DNA from: a virus
Taxonomy: Duplodnaviria > Caudoviricetes
IMG/VR virus record: IMGVR_UViG_3300020160_000355
Location: 1-54,111 of that record
Direction: 5' to 3' (one strand)
DNA length: 54,111 nucleotides
Both the position numbers and the translations under genes were made by a program. Positions 1-8,894 of this stretch are shown in pieces. How positions within the stretch are numbered: position 1 is the first letter of the stretch; the number at the start of each line of letters is the position of its first letter. The notes beneath the pieces were generated by a model that had not been told where the DNA came from, did no database searches, and saw only the letters and a list, made by a program, of their open reading frames with translations.

Positions 1-32
1 ACCATCAAAACCCTTGCACATGAGGTAATGTG

Positions 33-263
33 ATGGAGCTCGTTGACCTGACTGACAAATGGCAGCACGGCAGGTTCTACAAGGTAGCAGCGTTCGACCA
101 GTGCGACGGCTGTGTGTTCTATCCTGATAAGCCGAAAGACAAAGTACCTTGTTGGGACGCCTTAGGCTGCGAAAGTAAGAGCATACGAGTAATCTATATC
201 AACATCGACGAAGCATCTGTCGTCGAATATGTAAAAGGGAGACTCAATGGGAAAACCAACTGA
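33..263 (+). CDS. hypothetical protein (Cys-containing)
   Basis: ORF track 30..263. ATG at 33 follows GAGGT and overlaps an upstream TGA (TGATG). Confidence 0.65.
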   Translation: MELVDLTDKWQHGRFYKVAAFDQCDGCVFYPDKPKDKVPCWDALGCESKSIRVIYINIDEASVVEYVKGRLNGKTN

Positions 264-351
264 CGACCTAACTGAATTCCAAATCATCTGGTGTGTCGCG
301 CTCGCCGTAGTCATCGGCGTAGCAGTGTGGGCTCACCTATCACAAACATAG
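247..351 (+). CDS. small single-pass membrane protein (34 aa)
   Basis: Read manually: MGKPTDDLTEFQIIWCVALAVVIGVAVWAHLSQT. AAGGGAG RBS upstream. Below the ORF-track cutoff. Confidence 0.6.
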   Translation: MGKPTDDLTEFQIIWCVALAVVIGVAVWAHLSQT

Positions 352-487
352 CGGGGGGTTCATGAAACTCGGTGCCTAGCCTAGTCGATGTGACTGGCAT
401 CGTGGTTGCTTGCTCCCCCCAACGGAAGAACTCGGCAAGCGACAGCCCAACCATGACGAGGGGCATGGACGAATCGACTAACCCCTC
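352..487 (+). ncRNA. candidate structured RNA / 5' leader of the AAA ATPase gene
   Basis: Several complementary segments: 382-389/473-480, 405-413/435-443, 451-455/464-468, 353-358/415-420, 458-463/482-487. Confidence 0.4.
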
Positions 488-517
488 ACTTCACTTAACT
501 CACTTAGAAAGTTCATC

Positions 518-1522
518 ATGAAATACAACGACATCAAACGCTCTGTTCTCGCTAACTTCGCCAAGGGCAACAACCTTGTGCCATTCATCGTAGGCAAACC
601 CGGCGGCGGTAAGTCATCGCTGGCTCGTGAGATTGTTGCCGAGCTTGGCATTGACCCCGAGCGCATCACAGAGTTCAACCCATCCTTGCGTGACCCAGTT
701 GACATCATGGGCTTGCCCGTTACTGGCGGCGAGTGTTCATCATGGTTGCCTCCCTCAGAGTTCTGGCGTGTTCGTGACGACGGTACTGACCGCCCATGTG
801 CGCTCATCATCGAGGAAATGTCCGATGCGGCTGTGCCTATGCAGAACCCACTGTGTCGTGTTGTCCTTGACCGCTTCGCTGGCGAGCTCAAGCTGCACCC
901 TAAGTTGCACATCATTGCAACGGGCAACCGTACCGAGGACAAGTCTGGTGCGACCCGCATGACTACCAAGCTGGGCAACCGTATGCAGACGCTGACGTTC
1001 GACGAGAACCTTGACGACTGGTGTGACTGGGCTCTTGACAATGGCATCGCTGTGGAGATGGTTCAGTTCCTGCGCTTCCGTCCCAACATGTTGTCTGACT
1101 TCGACCCCAACCGTGCTATCAACCCAACGCCTCGTTCATGGGCTATGGCTAACCAAGTTGACGGTGACTTGCCTGCTGACTTGTACTACGCCAACATCGC
1201 TGGCTTAGTTGGCGAGGGTGCTGCCGCTGAGTACACAGGCTTCAAGCGTATCTTCGAGGCACTGCCTGACATTGACGGCATCTTGATGAACCCTGCCAAG
1301 GCTAACGTACCTGACGACATGCCCGTGTTGTTTGCTCTGACTGGTGCGCTTGCGCATCGTGTTAGCAAGGACAACTTCGACCGTGTGTGCGAGTACATCA
1401 ACCGCATCCCTGCTGAGTTCCAAGTCATGTGTGTGCTCGACTCCAAGAAGCTCAAGCCTGAGATTGTCAACACCAAAGCCTTCGTGCAGTGGGCGGTCAA
1501 GAACGCCAATGTCCTCTCTTGA
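518..1522 (+). CDS. MoxR/CbbQ-like AAA+ ATPase
   Basis: Walker A GKPGGGKS, Walker B LIIEE, sensor ATGN, TPRSW motif. A vWA partner lies downstream. Confidence 0.9.
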   Translation: MKYNDIKRSVLANFAKGNNLVPFIVGKPGGGKSSLAREIVAELGIDPERITEFNPSLRDPVDIMGLPVTGGECSSWLPPSEFWRVRDDGTDRPCALIIEEMSDAAVPMQNPLCRVVLDRFAGELKLHPKLHIIATGNRTEDKSGATRMTTKLGNRMQTLTFDENLDDWCDWALDNGIAVEMVQFLRFRPNMLSDFDPNRAINPTPRSWAMANQVDGDLPADLYYANIAGLVGEGAAAEYTGFKRIFEALPDIDGILMNPAKANVPDDMPVLFALTGALAHRVSKDNFDRVCEYINRIPAEFQVMCVLDSKKLKPEIVNTKAFVQWAVKNANVLS

Positions 1523-1769
1523 GTGGAGTGAGTCATTCTTTACTCGGGCTGGTGGCAACCCCGCTGTGCCCGAGTTGTATTACGAGCTGTGGAGGGTAGG
1601 GCAAGACCGTACCGCTTGGTACAACATGCCCGTCGCGTATATCTACCGCAAAGGTAAACGGTTGTACGAGTTAGAAATAACAGACGACGAAGACAACGCT
1701 CGGCAGTTCACAACACTCAAAGCAGCTAAAGCAATGGGCATCGCCCTAGTAAGGATGAACGATGGCTGA
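1509..1769 (+). CDS. hypothetical protein (paralog family member 1)
   Basis: ATG at 1509 within ORF 1344..1769. C-terminal FTTLKAAKAM motif is shared with two nearby ORFs. Confidence 0.65.
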   Translation: MSSLEWSESFFTRAGGNPAVPELYYELWRVGQDRTAWYNMPVAYIYRKGKRLYELEITDDEDNARQFTTLKAAKAMGIALVRMNDG

Positions 1770-2046
1770 ATACAAATGGACAGAAGCTATGGGGTTAGCT
1801 GATTGGGTACTCAGGGAAGTCGTGAACGGCGAAGTTCCGCAAAACGGTAGCCCTATTACTGATTCATATAAACCACCCTTCGGCTTCATCATGCGCTCAG
1901 GGCCAACGTCATACACCGCATGGATACCAAACGATGCTGGCAATCGAATGGAGTTCTATTCAGTGGACGACGCCAAGGCATGGGTATTTACACAAGTGAG
2001 GTTAAACGATGGCACAGCGCTATTACGTACAGATAGCTTTCGCTGA
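1762..2046 (+). CDS. hypothetical protein (paralog family member 2)
   Basis: Overlaps the upstream stop. FYSVDDAKAW motif. Confidence 0.7.
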   Translation: MAEYKWTEAMGLADWVLREVVNGEVPQNGSPITDSYKPPFGFIMRSGPTSYTAWIPNDAGNRMEFYSVDDAKAWVFTQVRLNDGTALLRTDSFR

Positions 2047-2218
2047 CAACGGAGGCATCGCAATCAATGGGCCCGTCACACAAGGCGGGCGAACAGACAC
2101 AAGCAAGTTGTATATCACTGAGTCACTTGACCCTACTCATATAGGCGCGATGTTCTTAGCGTTCCACGCAGACCTCAAGCTGAGTAACAAGCTCGACTTA
2201 GACAACATTGAATTTTAG
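2009..2218 (+). CDS. hypothetical protein
   Basis: ORF fills the gap. GAGG RBS upstream. Confidence 0.6.
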   Translation: MAQRYYVQIAFADNGGIAINGPVTQGGRTDTSKLYITESLDPTHIGAMFLAFHADLKLSNKLDLDNIEF

Positions 2219-2226
2219 GAGGACAC

Positions 2227-3102
2227 ATGCAACCGACAACACTATCTAGCAAAGCAATGCTGGTCAAGCTGACAGTACGCCGAGCAAACTTAACACGCCG
2301 TGACATTACGGCTGAGCTCATTATTCAGAATCAGATGGATGACACATCATTGGTCGTCAACCGCAAACTGTTTCGTGACAAGCTCAACCCCATCAACCGC
2401 ATCATGCAGGTGGCATCGGAGGTTTACACCTATCACAAGGCGCACACGCTGGCATACATTGATAAAGGCCCACGGCTGTTACCCAACGCACAGTACATGG
2501 ACTACACATCAGAAATGCGCCAACGCATCCAAGCAGTAGACGACATGCTCGACAAGTACATGCCTGACTACGATAACTATGTGCAGCTTGACATCAAGGC
2601 TCGTGCATTGGGTAACACAGGCACGGCTCGCGTTGAGGACTATCCAACTGCTGATGAGTTCCGTAGCAAGATGGGCTTCGACTTGCGCTTCACTCCACTG
2701 CCTGATGCTAAGCACTTCTTGTTCGACATTAGTGATGCAGACATGGCTGAGTTCAACGCATCAATGGAGCAGGTTGCACAGGGCGCTCGTGCTGAGGTTA
2801 TCAAGGGCATGCTCGAACCATTGCAACACTTGGTTGAAAAGCTCAACAAACCCATCGGTACTGAGGGCGCTATCTTCCGTGACACTGCGGTAGAGAACGT
2901 AGTCGAGGGCTTACGTCGTGCTAAGGCACTCAACGTCAACAGCGATGCTGATGTGGATGCAATGGCTGACACACTGATGGAGGCTGTGAAGATGTATGAC
3001 TTCAACAAGGACATCTTGCGTGAGTCACCAGTAGTCCGTGAGCAAGCGGCTATCAAACTCGACGAGATTGCCAAGAAGATGGCTGCGTATGGATTGGGTT
3101 GA
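2227..3102 (+). CDS. DUF3150-like helical protein associated with AAA/vWA modules
   Basis: AGGAGG RBS. DYPTADEFRSKMGFDLRFTPLP and IFRDTAVEN resemble this family. Lies between the AAA and vWA genes. Confidence 0.65.
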   Translation: MQPTTLSSKAMLVKLTVRRANLTRRDITAELIIQNQMDDTSLVVNRKLFRDKLNPINRIMQVASEVYTYHKAHTLAYIDKGPRLLPNAQYMDYTSEMRQRIQAVDDMLDKYMPDYDNYVQLDIKARALGNTGTARVEDYPTADEFRSKMGFDLRFTPLPDAKHFLFDISDADMAEFNASMEQVAQGARAEVIKGMLEPLQHLVEKLNKPIGTEGAIFRDTAVENVVEGLRRAKALNVNSDADVDAMADTLMEAVKMYDFNKDILRESPVVREQAAIKLDEIAKKMAAYGLG

Positions 3103-3280
3103 TGGATGGGTACGTGACATGGTTTACATGGCGTCGGGATTGCTACTCGCTTTCCTGATTGCCATTACATACACCGTGTTCCAAATAGTTAGCGACTGGA
3201 TGCAACGTCGCTATGTGCAACAGGCCAAGCAACCACAGAAGGTGGAAGGCAAGGTCAAACAACCAATGGGGTTCTTATGA
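3089..3280 (+). CDS. small membrane protein
   Basis: Hydrophobic segment GLLLAFLIAITYTVF. ATG at 3089. Confidence 0.6.
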   Translation: MDWVDGWVRDMVYMASGLLLAFLIAITYTVFQIVSDWMQRRYVQQAKQPQKVEGKVKQPMGFL

Positions 3281-3495
3281 CAGACACCGACATCATGATG
3301 CTTAGCATCTTCTTCAACATCATCTTGTTGTTCAACAGTTGGCTCATGCACAAACGATACGAGGTGCTAGGCATGTTGTTCGGTAAGACTGTTGGGTTAG
3401 TAGCAGCAATCGCTGATGGTAAGGCGATGCCTGAGCGAGATAGTAAGGGCGAGATTCGTATCAAGGATTTACAGGAGAAAGCAAATGGCAACTAA
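3277..3495 (+). CDS. small membrane protein
   Basis: ATGA overlap with the upstream stop. N-terminal hydrophobic helix. Confidence 0.65.
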   Translation: MTDTDIMMLSIFFNIILLFNSWLMHKRYEVLGMLFGKTVGLVAAIADGKAMPERDSKGEIRIKDLQEKANGN

Positions 3496-4591
3496 GTTAG
3501 AAAAAGCAAAAGCACAAATCGTGCTTGACCATCCCTTCTTCGCGGCTATCCTGCTGCGTCGCAAGCTCATCTGTGACAACACCATCCCAACACTGGCAGT
3601 CGATGCTCGTGCCAACATCTATTACAACAATGACTTCCTTGAGTCGTTGACTGTGCCGCAGATTGTGTGGGGCTTGTGCCACGAGGTCGGCCATGTCATC
3701 GGCCAGCATGCTATCCGTAAGGGTGCTCGCAACCACAAGAAGTGGAACTACGCTGGTGACGCATGGATTAACGACACACTCGACGACAGCGGCGTCGGCC
3801 AACGCATCCCTAACACTGTGGACATGAAGGGTAGCAAAGACAAGACTACTGAGTCTATCTATGACGAGTTGCCTGACAACCACGGCGACAACGGCTTAGG
3901 TGATGACGTTATCTACGGCATCGGTGCTGACGGTAGCGGCAAGCCCCTGACACCTGACGAGATTAAGGAGATTGAGGGCCAAATCAAGATTGAGATTGCC
4001 GAGGCTGCCCAAGCTGCCAAGATGCGCGGTAAGTTGTCTGGTCGTCTTGAGAAGATGGTCGCTGACATGCTCGAGGTCAAGACACCTTGGTATGAGATTC
4101 TCGAGAAGCACATGACTGCGTGTGTCGCTCAGGGTCAATCATGGCGTCGTCCTAACCGTCGCTTCGTAGACCACTATCTGCCTAGCGTTGACAAGTTGCC
4201 ACAGATGGGTGAGCTTGTTGTTCAGGTTGACGTATCAGGTTCTATCTCACGCCAAGAGTTAGCGGCATACAACGGTCACCTATCACGCATCATCGAGCAG
4301 TGTCGCCCTGAGAAAGTTCATGTGTTGTACACCGACACCGAAGTTCAGAAGCACATGGAGTTCGACTGCGGCGAAGAGGTTAGCCTCGAGTTCTACTCAG
4401 GCGGTGGCACTGACATGCCCGCTGGCTTTGACTACTGTGCCAAGTTCGGTATCGAGCCACAAGTGTTCGTGTGTTTGACTGACGGCTACACAGGCTTCGG
4501 TGAAGACCCCGGCTACCCAGTTGTGTGGTGTATCAGTTCAGATGTCGAAGCACCGTGGGGTGAGAACATTCACTTCGAGTTGGAACAGTGA
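3485..4591 (+). CDS. HExxH metallopeptidase-like + vWA domain protein (DUF2201-like)
   Basis: HEVGH zincin motif. vWA MIDAS elements DVSGS, GGGT and LTDGY. AGGAG RBS before ATG 3485. Confidence 0.9.
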   Translation: MATKLEKAKAQIVLDHPFFAAILLRRKLICDNTIPTLAVDARANIYYNNDFLESLTVPQIVWGLCHEVGHVIGQHAIRKGARNHKKWNYAGDAWINDTLDDSGVGQRIPNTVDMKGSKDKTTESIYDELPDNHGDNGLGDDVIYGIGADGSGKPLTPDEIKEIEGQIKIEIAEAAQAAKMRGKLSGRLEKMVADMLEVKTPWYEILEKHMTACVAQGQSWRRPNRRFVDHYLPSVDKLPQMGELVVQVDVSGSISRQELAAYNGHLSRIIEQCRPEKVHVLYTDTEVQKHMEFDCGEEVSLEFYSGGGTDMPAGFDYCAKFGIEPQVFVCLTDGYTGFGEDPGYPVVWCISSDVEAPWGENIHFELEQ

Positions 4592-4842
4592 GTGAGTTCA
4601 AGTACGAGTGGAGCAGCTCTGAGTACTTGACCACAAGCTGGAGATACCACGTATCTAGGCAAGACCCTTTGCACTTCAGGATACTCGGGCTAATCAACCG
4701 TGAACTAACAACAGACGAGGACGCTGAGCGCATCCACCACTACCACGCGTTCGAGAACGCACAACACACCAGCATGTATTTCCCTACCTTAGATGAAGCT
4801 AAGGCATGGGTTGTTGCATGCACGATGGGCGCTAAACCATGA
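4588..4842 (+). CDS. hypothetical protein (paralog family member 3)
   Basis: GTGA overlap with the upstream stop. FPTLDEAKAW motif. Confidence 0.7.
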   Translation: MSEFKYEWSSSEYLTTSWRYHVSRQDPLHFRILGLINRELTTDEDAERIHHYHAFENAQHTSMYFPTLDEAKAWVVACTMGAKP

Positions 4843-4854
4843 AAGGGAAACACT

Positions 4855-5079
4855 ATGGCAAATCTAAGCGCACAGATACAAGAGCTCGAAGAAGAGTGCT
4901 ACTACAACCAACAACGAGTGACAGAACTTGAAGAAGAGAACGCTCGACTCAAGGATGAAGTCAGCGACCTTGAAGACCAAGTAGCTGAACTAGAGGAGCA
5001 GGTTGAATGGATGCACGAGATACACCCCGAACTAGAGGAGGCGTATGACGCAAAGCAACGACTCGACCAAGCAACTTAA
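4855..5079 (+). CDS. acidic coiled-coil protein
   Basis: Heptad-like L/V-E-E repeats. Confidence 0.75.
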   Translation: MANLSAQIQELEEECYYNQQRVTELEEENARLKDEVSDLEDQVAELEEQVEWMHEIHPELEEAYDAKQRLDQAT

Positions 5080-5302
5080 ATGGTTGTATGGAACACGAAT
5101 GTCCAAGTTGTTCGAGGTCAACATCCACTCGGTCTACAACAGACTGATTGCAAAAGTTGATTACGACGATGGGAAGTTCGTAATAACTACACAACACAAG
5201 ACTGACTTAGCATCCGACGAGCTCATCAAAGCGTATTGTGAGGCAACCATCCACTCAATGGAGCAATGGCTTGCTGAAGAAATAGCAAAGAAACTTACTT
5301 AA
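5045..5302 (+). CDS. hypothetical protein
   Basis: GAGGAGG RBS upstream of the ATG. Confidence 0.6.
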   Translation: MTQSNDSTKQLKWLYGTRMSKLFEVNIHSVYNRLIAKVDYDDGKFVITTQHKTDLASDELIKAYCEATIHSMEQWLAEEIAKKLT

Positions 5303-5311
5303 GGAAATCAA

Positions 5312-6223
5312 ATGGGACATCCACTTACATACAAATGGGCAGAAGCATTGTTCGACACACGTCGCAAGACAAAAGACTTCAAGGCATACAAGACCGACAC
5401 ACACATGACCAAAGAAGCAGACGGCACGTTCATGTTCACCTACCTCCAATACAACTGGGAGAAGGACGAGGTTAGCAAGCAGTACAAGCGGTCAGAAGTC
5501 CGTGCCGCAACACCATTGGTCAGCATCTCACCCGACAACGTGATGACATTGTTAGCACCTGAGACTAAGGGTTGGCCTAGTGTGCACCACATGACTATCC
5601 GCAACCGCTTGCAAGAAATCACTGGCTTCAGTATCTACTCTGACACTGCACACCACAAGAACAAAGAGACTCCGATTCGTATCTTCCACAGGTTCTATGG
5701 CGCTAATGGATGGGAGAAGCAGTCATGGTGTACTGGCAGCGATAGCTCCATCCCATACAAGGCGGGCACACAGTTCCAAGTCAGCACTACACAGGGCAGG
5801 GTCGAGTGCCTCAACCCACCGACGGACATTAAGAGCGTAGTGAAAAATTCAGCTGTGCAGCAAGTCAAGGGCGACACCGCTGTCATCCGTAAGCTGGCAA
5901 TGGTTATGTTGCGTGTTGGCTTTGAAGAGCACATCGAGAAGAAGCTGACTAGCTACTGGTACGCAACACCGCAGACCAAGCTGCTGTCGGATGTCAACTA
6001 CAAAGACCCAACAGGCGACGACGCTATGGCTGTGCTTGCCCAAGGTATGCGCATGGCTACTCGTGTGGACGAGTCGTACTGGGACGGCGGGGTGTTCAAG
6101 AAGCGCACTATGGATGAACGTGTCAGCCTGATGCGTGAGCGCATCCTTGAGAACGGCATGAAGGCACTACGCAAACACATCTATAAAACAACCGACGGTT
6201 ATGAGAAGGTGGAGGTCAAATAA
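5312..6223 (+). CDS. hypothetical protein (303 aa)
   Basis: Long ORF with AAGGA RBS. Confidence 0.85.
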   Translation: MGHPLTYKWAEALFDTRRKTKDFKAYKTDTHMTKEADGTFMFTYLQYNWEKDEVSKQYKRSEVRAATPLVSISPDNVMTLLAPETKGWPSVHHMTIRNRLQEITGFSIYSDTAHHKNKETPIRIFHRFYGANGWEKQSWCTGSDSSIPYKAGTQFQVSTTQGRVECLNPPTDIKSVVKNSAVQQVKGDTAVIRKLAMVMLRVGFEEHIEKKLTSYWYATPQTKLLSDVNYKDPTGDDAMAVLAQGMRMATRVDESYWDGGVFKKRTMDERVSLMRERILENGMKALRKHIYKTTDGYEKVEVK

Positions 6224-6288
6224 CAAATCAGTCTATAAACATACACACGTTTCCGTTATCATCAACACACTTACTGAAAGAAATCATC

Positions 6289-6942
6289 ATGGCATACGTC
6301 GCAATCTCCGCAGCGCTTATCAATTCAACTGCGAACAATATCATCCATATGCGGGACAAAGAGAAGCTCACTGTCCCTGCTGTCGCTGAGCGCATCTCTG
6401 TATCTAACAAGGATGCTAACCTTGAGCTCCTAGTCTGGGGCAACCACCTTCACTTGCGTGACCAAATGCCTAGCGACTGGAAGGCTACGACCAACCGCAT
6501 CTCAGCACGTATTCAGTTTGAGTGGGCAGAAGCAAAGAAAGCTTCATTCGACTTCACGTTCGAGTGTGCTGACCCCATCGAAGTACCACGGTGCGACAAC
6601 CATTCGTACTATGGGCACCAAATCAAAGTTGACGCGGTTAGTCACCTGCTCCCACAACAAGCCCGTGACGCTATCGAGTACAACAAGTTCCTGCGTGTCA
6701 CTGACGACAAGTGGAACGACATCAAGTCCAAGGTCACTCAGTTCCTTCAGTCTGCCAAGTCATTGAACGAAGCACTCAAGCTGTGGCCAGCTCTGTCTTT
6801 GTATATCTCTGACGACTACATCAACCGAGTAAATAACAACACCAAGCGCGAGAAGGTGGCATCGAAGGCCGAGGAAATCATGGCATCTATCTCAATCGAC
6901 GACCTGACAGCAGCCGCTGTCGCATCCAAACTAACTGTATGA
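6289..6942 (+). CDS. Nmad5-like (nucleotide modification associated domain 5) protein
   Basis: C-terminal FLQSAKSLNEALKLWPAL resembles the Nmad5 signature. Confidence 0.6.
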   Translation: MAYVAISAALINSTANNIIHMRDKEKLTVPAVAERISVSNKDANLELLVWGNHLHLRDQMPSDWKATTNRISARIQFEWAEAKKASFDFTFECADPIEVPRCDNHSYYGHQIKVDAVSHLLPQQARDAIEYNKFLRVTDDKWNDIKSKVTQFLQSAKSLNEALKLWPALSLYISDDYINRVNNNTKREKVASKAEEIMASISIDDLTAAAVASKLTV

Positions 6943-7214
6943 AAGACCCAGAATGCAACTACTCACACTCGAAGCTCGAGCACAAAAGCTCTTCGCCTCC
7001 TACAACGTCACACCTGAAGTCCGTGACCGCTATGAAAGGGACTGGCTCCGTAGTGTCCAAGCCCTCGGCGACAAGTGGCTCTTTGCCAAATACGCAGAAC
7101 GACTCACACCCGAGCAACAGCGAGCTCGCTGCGAGGATGGCACGTATCGAGTCACGGCTAGTTCAGCTGATGATTCATCAAGGGCTTAACCCATACGCAA
7201 AGGTATATGAGTAA
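6939..7214 (+). CDS. hypothetical protein (overlapping frame A)
   Basis: Coupled at both ends (ATGA, TAATG). Amphipathic C-terminus ARIESRLVQLMIHQGLNPY. Confidence 0.5.
   Translation: MKDPECNYSHSKLEHKSSSPPTTSHLKSVTAMKGTGSVVSKPSATSGSLPNTQNDSHPSNSELAARMARIESRLVQLMIHQGLNPYAKVYE
6953..7189 (+). CDS. hypothetical protein (overlapping frame B)
   Basis: Globular-looking sequence. WLRSVQALGDKWLFAK resembles small phage proteins. Confidence 0.55.
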   Translation: MQLLTLEARAQKLFASYNVTPEVRDRYERDWLRSVQALGDKWLFAKYAERLTPEQQRARCEDGTYRVTASSADDSSRA

Positions 7215-7594
7215 TGGCTGAATACTACAAACACATGAACAACTGCGATGCCAATGGCTGCAAGTACGACGAGCCCGATGTGTGCCCCGTTGTGCGAAAC
7301 ATTCGCTTGGCTACTGGCAACATTCCAACATTGACTGAGGAGGTCACACCTATCATGCAACCAAGTCTGCGACAAGTCGGCGGCGACCACTACAAGAAAC
7401 TCGCGGTGCAACCGTGGGACGTAGTGGATACATGGCCAATCGAACAACAAATTGGCTACTACCGTGGCGGTGCGTTGAAGTATGTAATGCGTATGGGGAA
7501 CAAAGATGAATCAATTCAAGAAGTTAGCAAAGGCCTTCACTACTTGGAAAAACTCATCGAGTGCCTCAAGCGACAAGCTGAAGAAACACGATGA
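7214..7594 (+). CDS. DUF3310/SaV-like protein (T7 gp1.7 nucleotide kinase-like)
   Basis: QVGGDHY...QPWD...GGALKYVMRMGNK...KGLHYL signature. Confidence 0.85.
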   Translation: MAEYYKHMNNCDANGCKYDEPDVCPVVRNIRLATGNIPTLTEEVTPIMQPSLRQVGGDHYKKLAVQPWDVVDTWPIEQQIGYYRGGALKYVMRMGNKDESIQEVSKGLHYLEKLIECLKRQAEETR

Positions 7595-7952
7595 TTACTC
7601 GGACGCGATGGCGTATCTTACGGAACGTCAGCGGGAGATGGAGTACAAAGAAGCGATAAGGAGGATTAACCCGATGGCAATCAATCACGCTGCTATGAAC
7701 GCAGCAGGGCAACAAGCGATGTGGAACTCCGCAATAACTACAGGAACCGGTATGGGAGCAATCAACCAAGCATGGCCGCAAGGCTTAGAGTCTGACCGCG
7801 TTCGCCAAGATTCAACACGGCAGTTCGCTGTCGAGAAGGTGGACAACGGATTCATCATCCGTAGCGGCAAGTATTCAAAAATCTGCAAAGACATGGAAGA
7901 GCTGAGCAATCAGTTCGTCGCAATCATGGTCGAGGCACAACTGGACAAGTAA
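7506..7952 (+). CDS. hypothetical protein
   Basis: ORF fills the gap. True start is uncertain and may be downstream. Confidence 0.65.
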   Translation: MNQFKKLAKAFTTWKNSSSASSDKLKKHDDYSDAMAYLTERQREMEYKEAIRRINPMAINHAAMNAAGQQAMWNSAITTGTGMGAINQAWPQGLESDRVRQDSTRQFAVEKVDNGFIIRSGKYSKICKDMEELSNQFVAIMVEAQLDK

Positions 7953-7954
7953 CT

Positions 7955-8566
7955 ATGTCTGACTTACGTACTGAACTCTTCACGAAAGTGATACCCAAAA
8001 TGAACACACTTACTAAACCAACAGAGCTTAACAACTTAAACTTCGATGACCCTGAACAGCCATTGGAAGTCGCACCTGAGATTCTTTCCAACAACGAGTT
8101 GATATTCAACTACGTCAAGGAGCATCCTGCTTGCTACGGCGCGGACGTGGCAAAGCACTTCACTGGGCGCATCTCTACATCGTCTGTGTTGTCGCAGATT
8201 CACACAATGACACGGCGCGAGTTGTTCCACAAAGTTAAGTGCAGCACCACTGGATACCTTATGTACTCCACCGCAGTCAATGCCTACCCACGAGCTAAGG
8301 GTACTGAGCGCACTGCACGGTTACTCAAAGCGATGGCAACGATGACCCCTGAAGAACGTGGCGCTCGAATCAAGGAAGGCCACCGCAAGGCTAAGCTGAA
8401 GCAAGCCGAACAGCAGCTCGCACCAACCAAAAAGATAGTGCTGATTAAGAAAGACACGCAAGAGCAAGTTGCACCACGACCAACTGCCGGCATCAACATC
8501 GACTTACTCCCATTGTCCGAAGCCCGTCGCTTGTACGACGAGTTGCGTAAAGTCTTTGGAGGTTGA
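7955..8566 (+). CDS. putative winged-helix DNA-binding protein
   Basis: IFNYVKEHPACYGADVAKHF...SSVLSQIHTM is wHTH-like. Basic C-terminal half. Confidence 0.6.
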   Translation: MSDLRTELFTKVIPKMNTLTKPTELNNLNFDDPEQPLEVAPEILSNNELIFNYVKEHPACYGADVAKHFTGRISTSSVLSQIHTMTRRELFHKVKCSTTGYLMYSTAVNAYPRAKGTERTARLLKAMATMTPEERGARIKEGHRKAKLKQAEQQLAPTKKIVLIKKDTQEQVAPRPTAGINIDLLPLSEARRLYDELRKVFGG

Positions 8567-8567
8567 T

Positions 8568-8894
8568 ATGGACAGCTACTACACCCAGCCAGCAGTCGTC
8601 GAAGCGTTCGTTGACCAGAGTGGCAACAGGCATGAAGTTGTCAAGGCTCGCCAGCTAGAGAATTTCAAAATCTCTATCGAAGCCCACGTCAGCACGTTAA
8701 CTGCGGAAGTGCAGACACTGAAGTACCACGCTAACTGGATTGAGCCTCGCCTCAACGATTACCACAAGTTCATGGAATGGATGCAACGCGTTCACCCTGA
8801 CGTCATCACTGCCTACACACAGGCTACCAAGGTTGAGAAGATACTTGACGATGCCAAAGGTGAAATGGCTTACCCACAGGCGGTGCAAGCATGA
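8568..8894 (+). CDS. hypothetical protein
   Basis: GGAGG RBS before ATG 8568. Confidence 0.75.
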   Translation: MDSYYTQPAVVEAFVDQSGNRHEVVKARQLENFKISIEAHVSTLTAEVQTLKYHANWIEPRLNDYHKFMEWMQRVHPDVITAYTQATKVEKILDDAKGEMAYPQAVQA

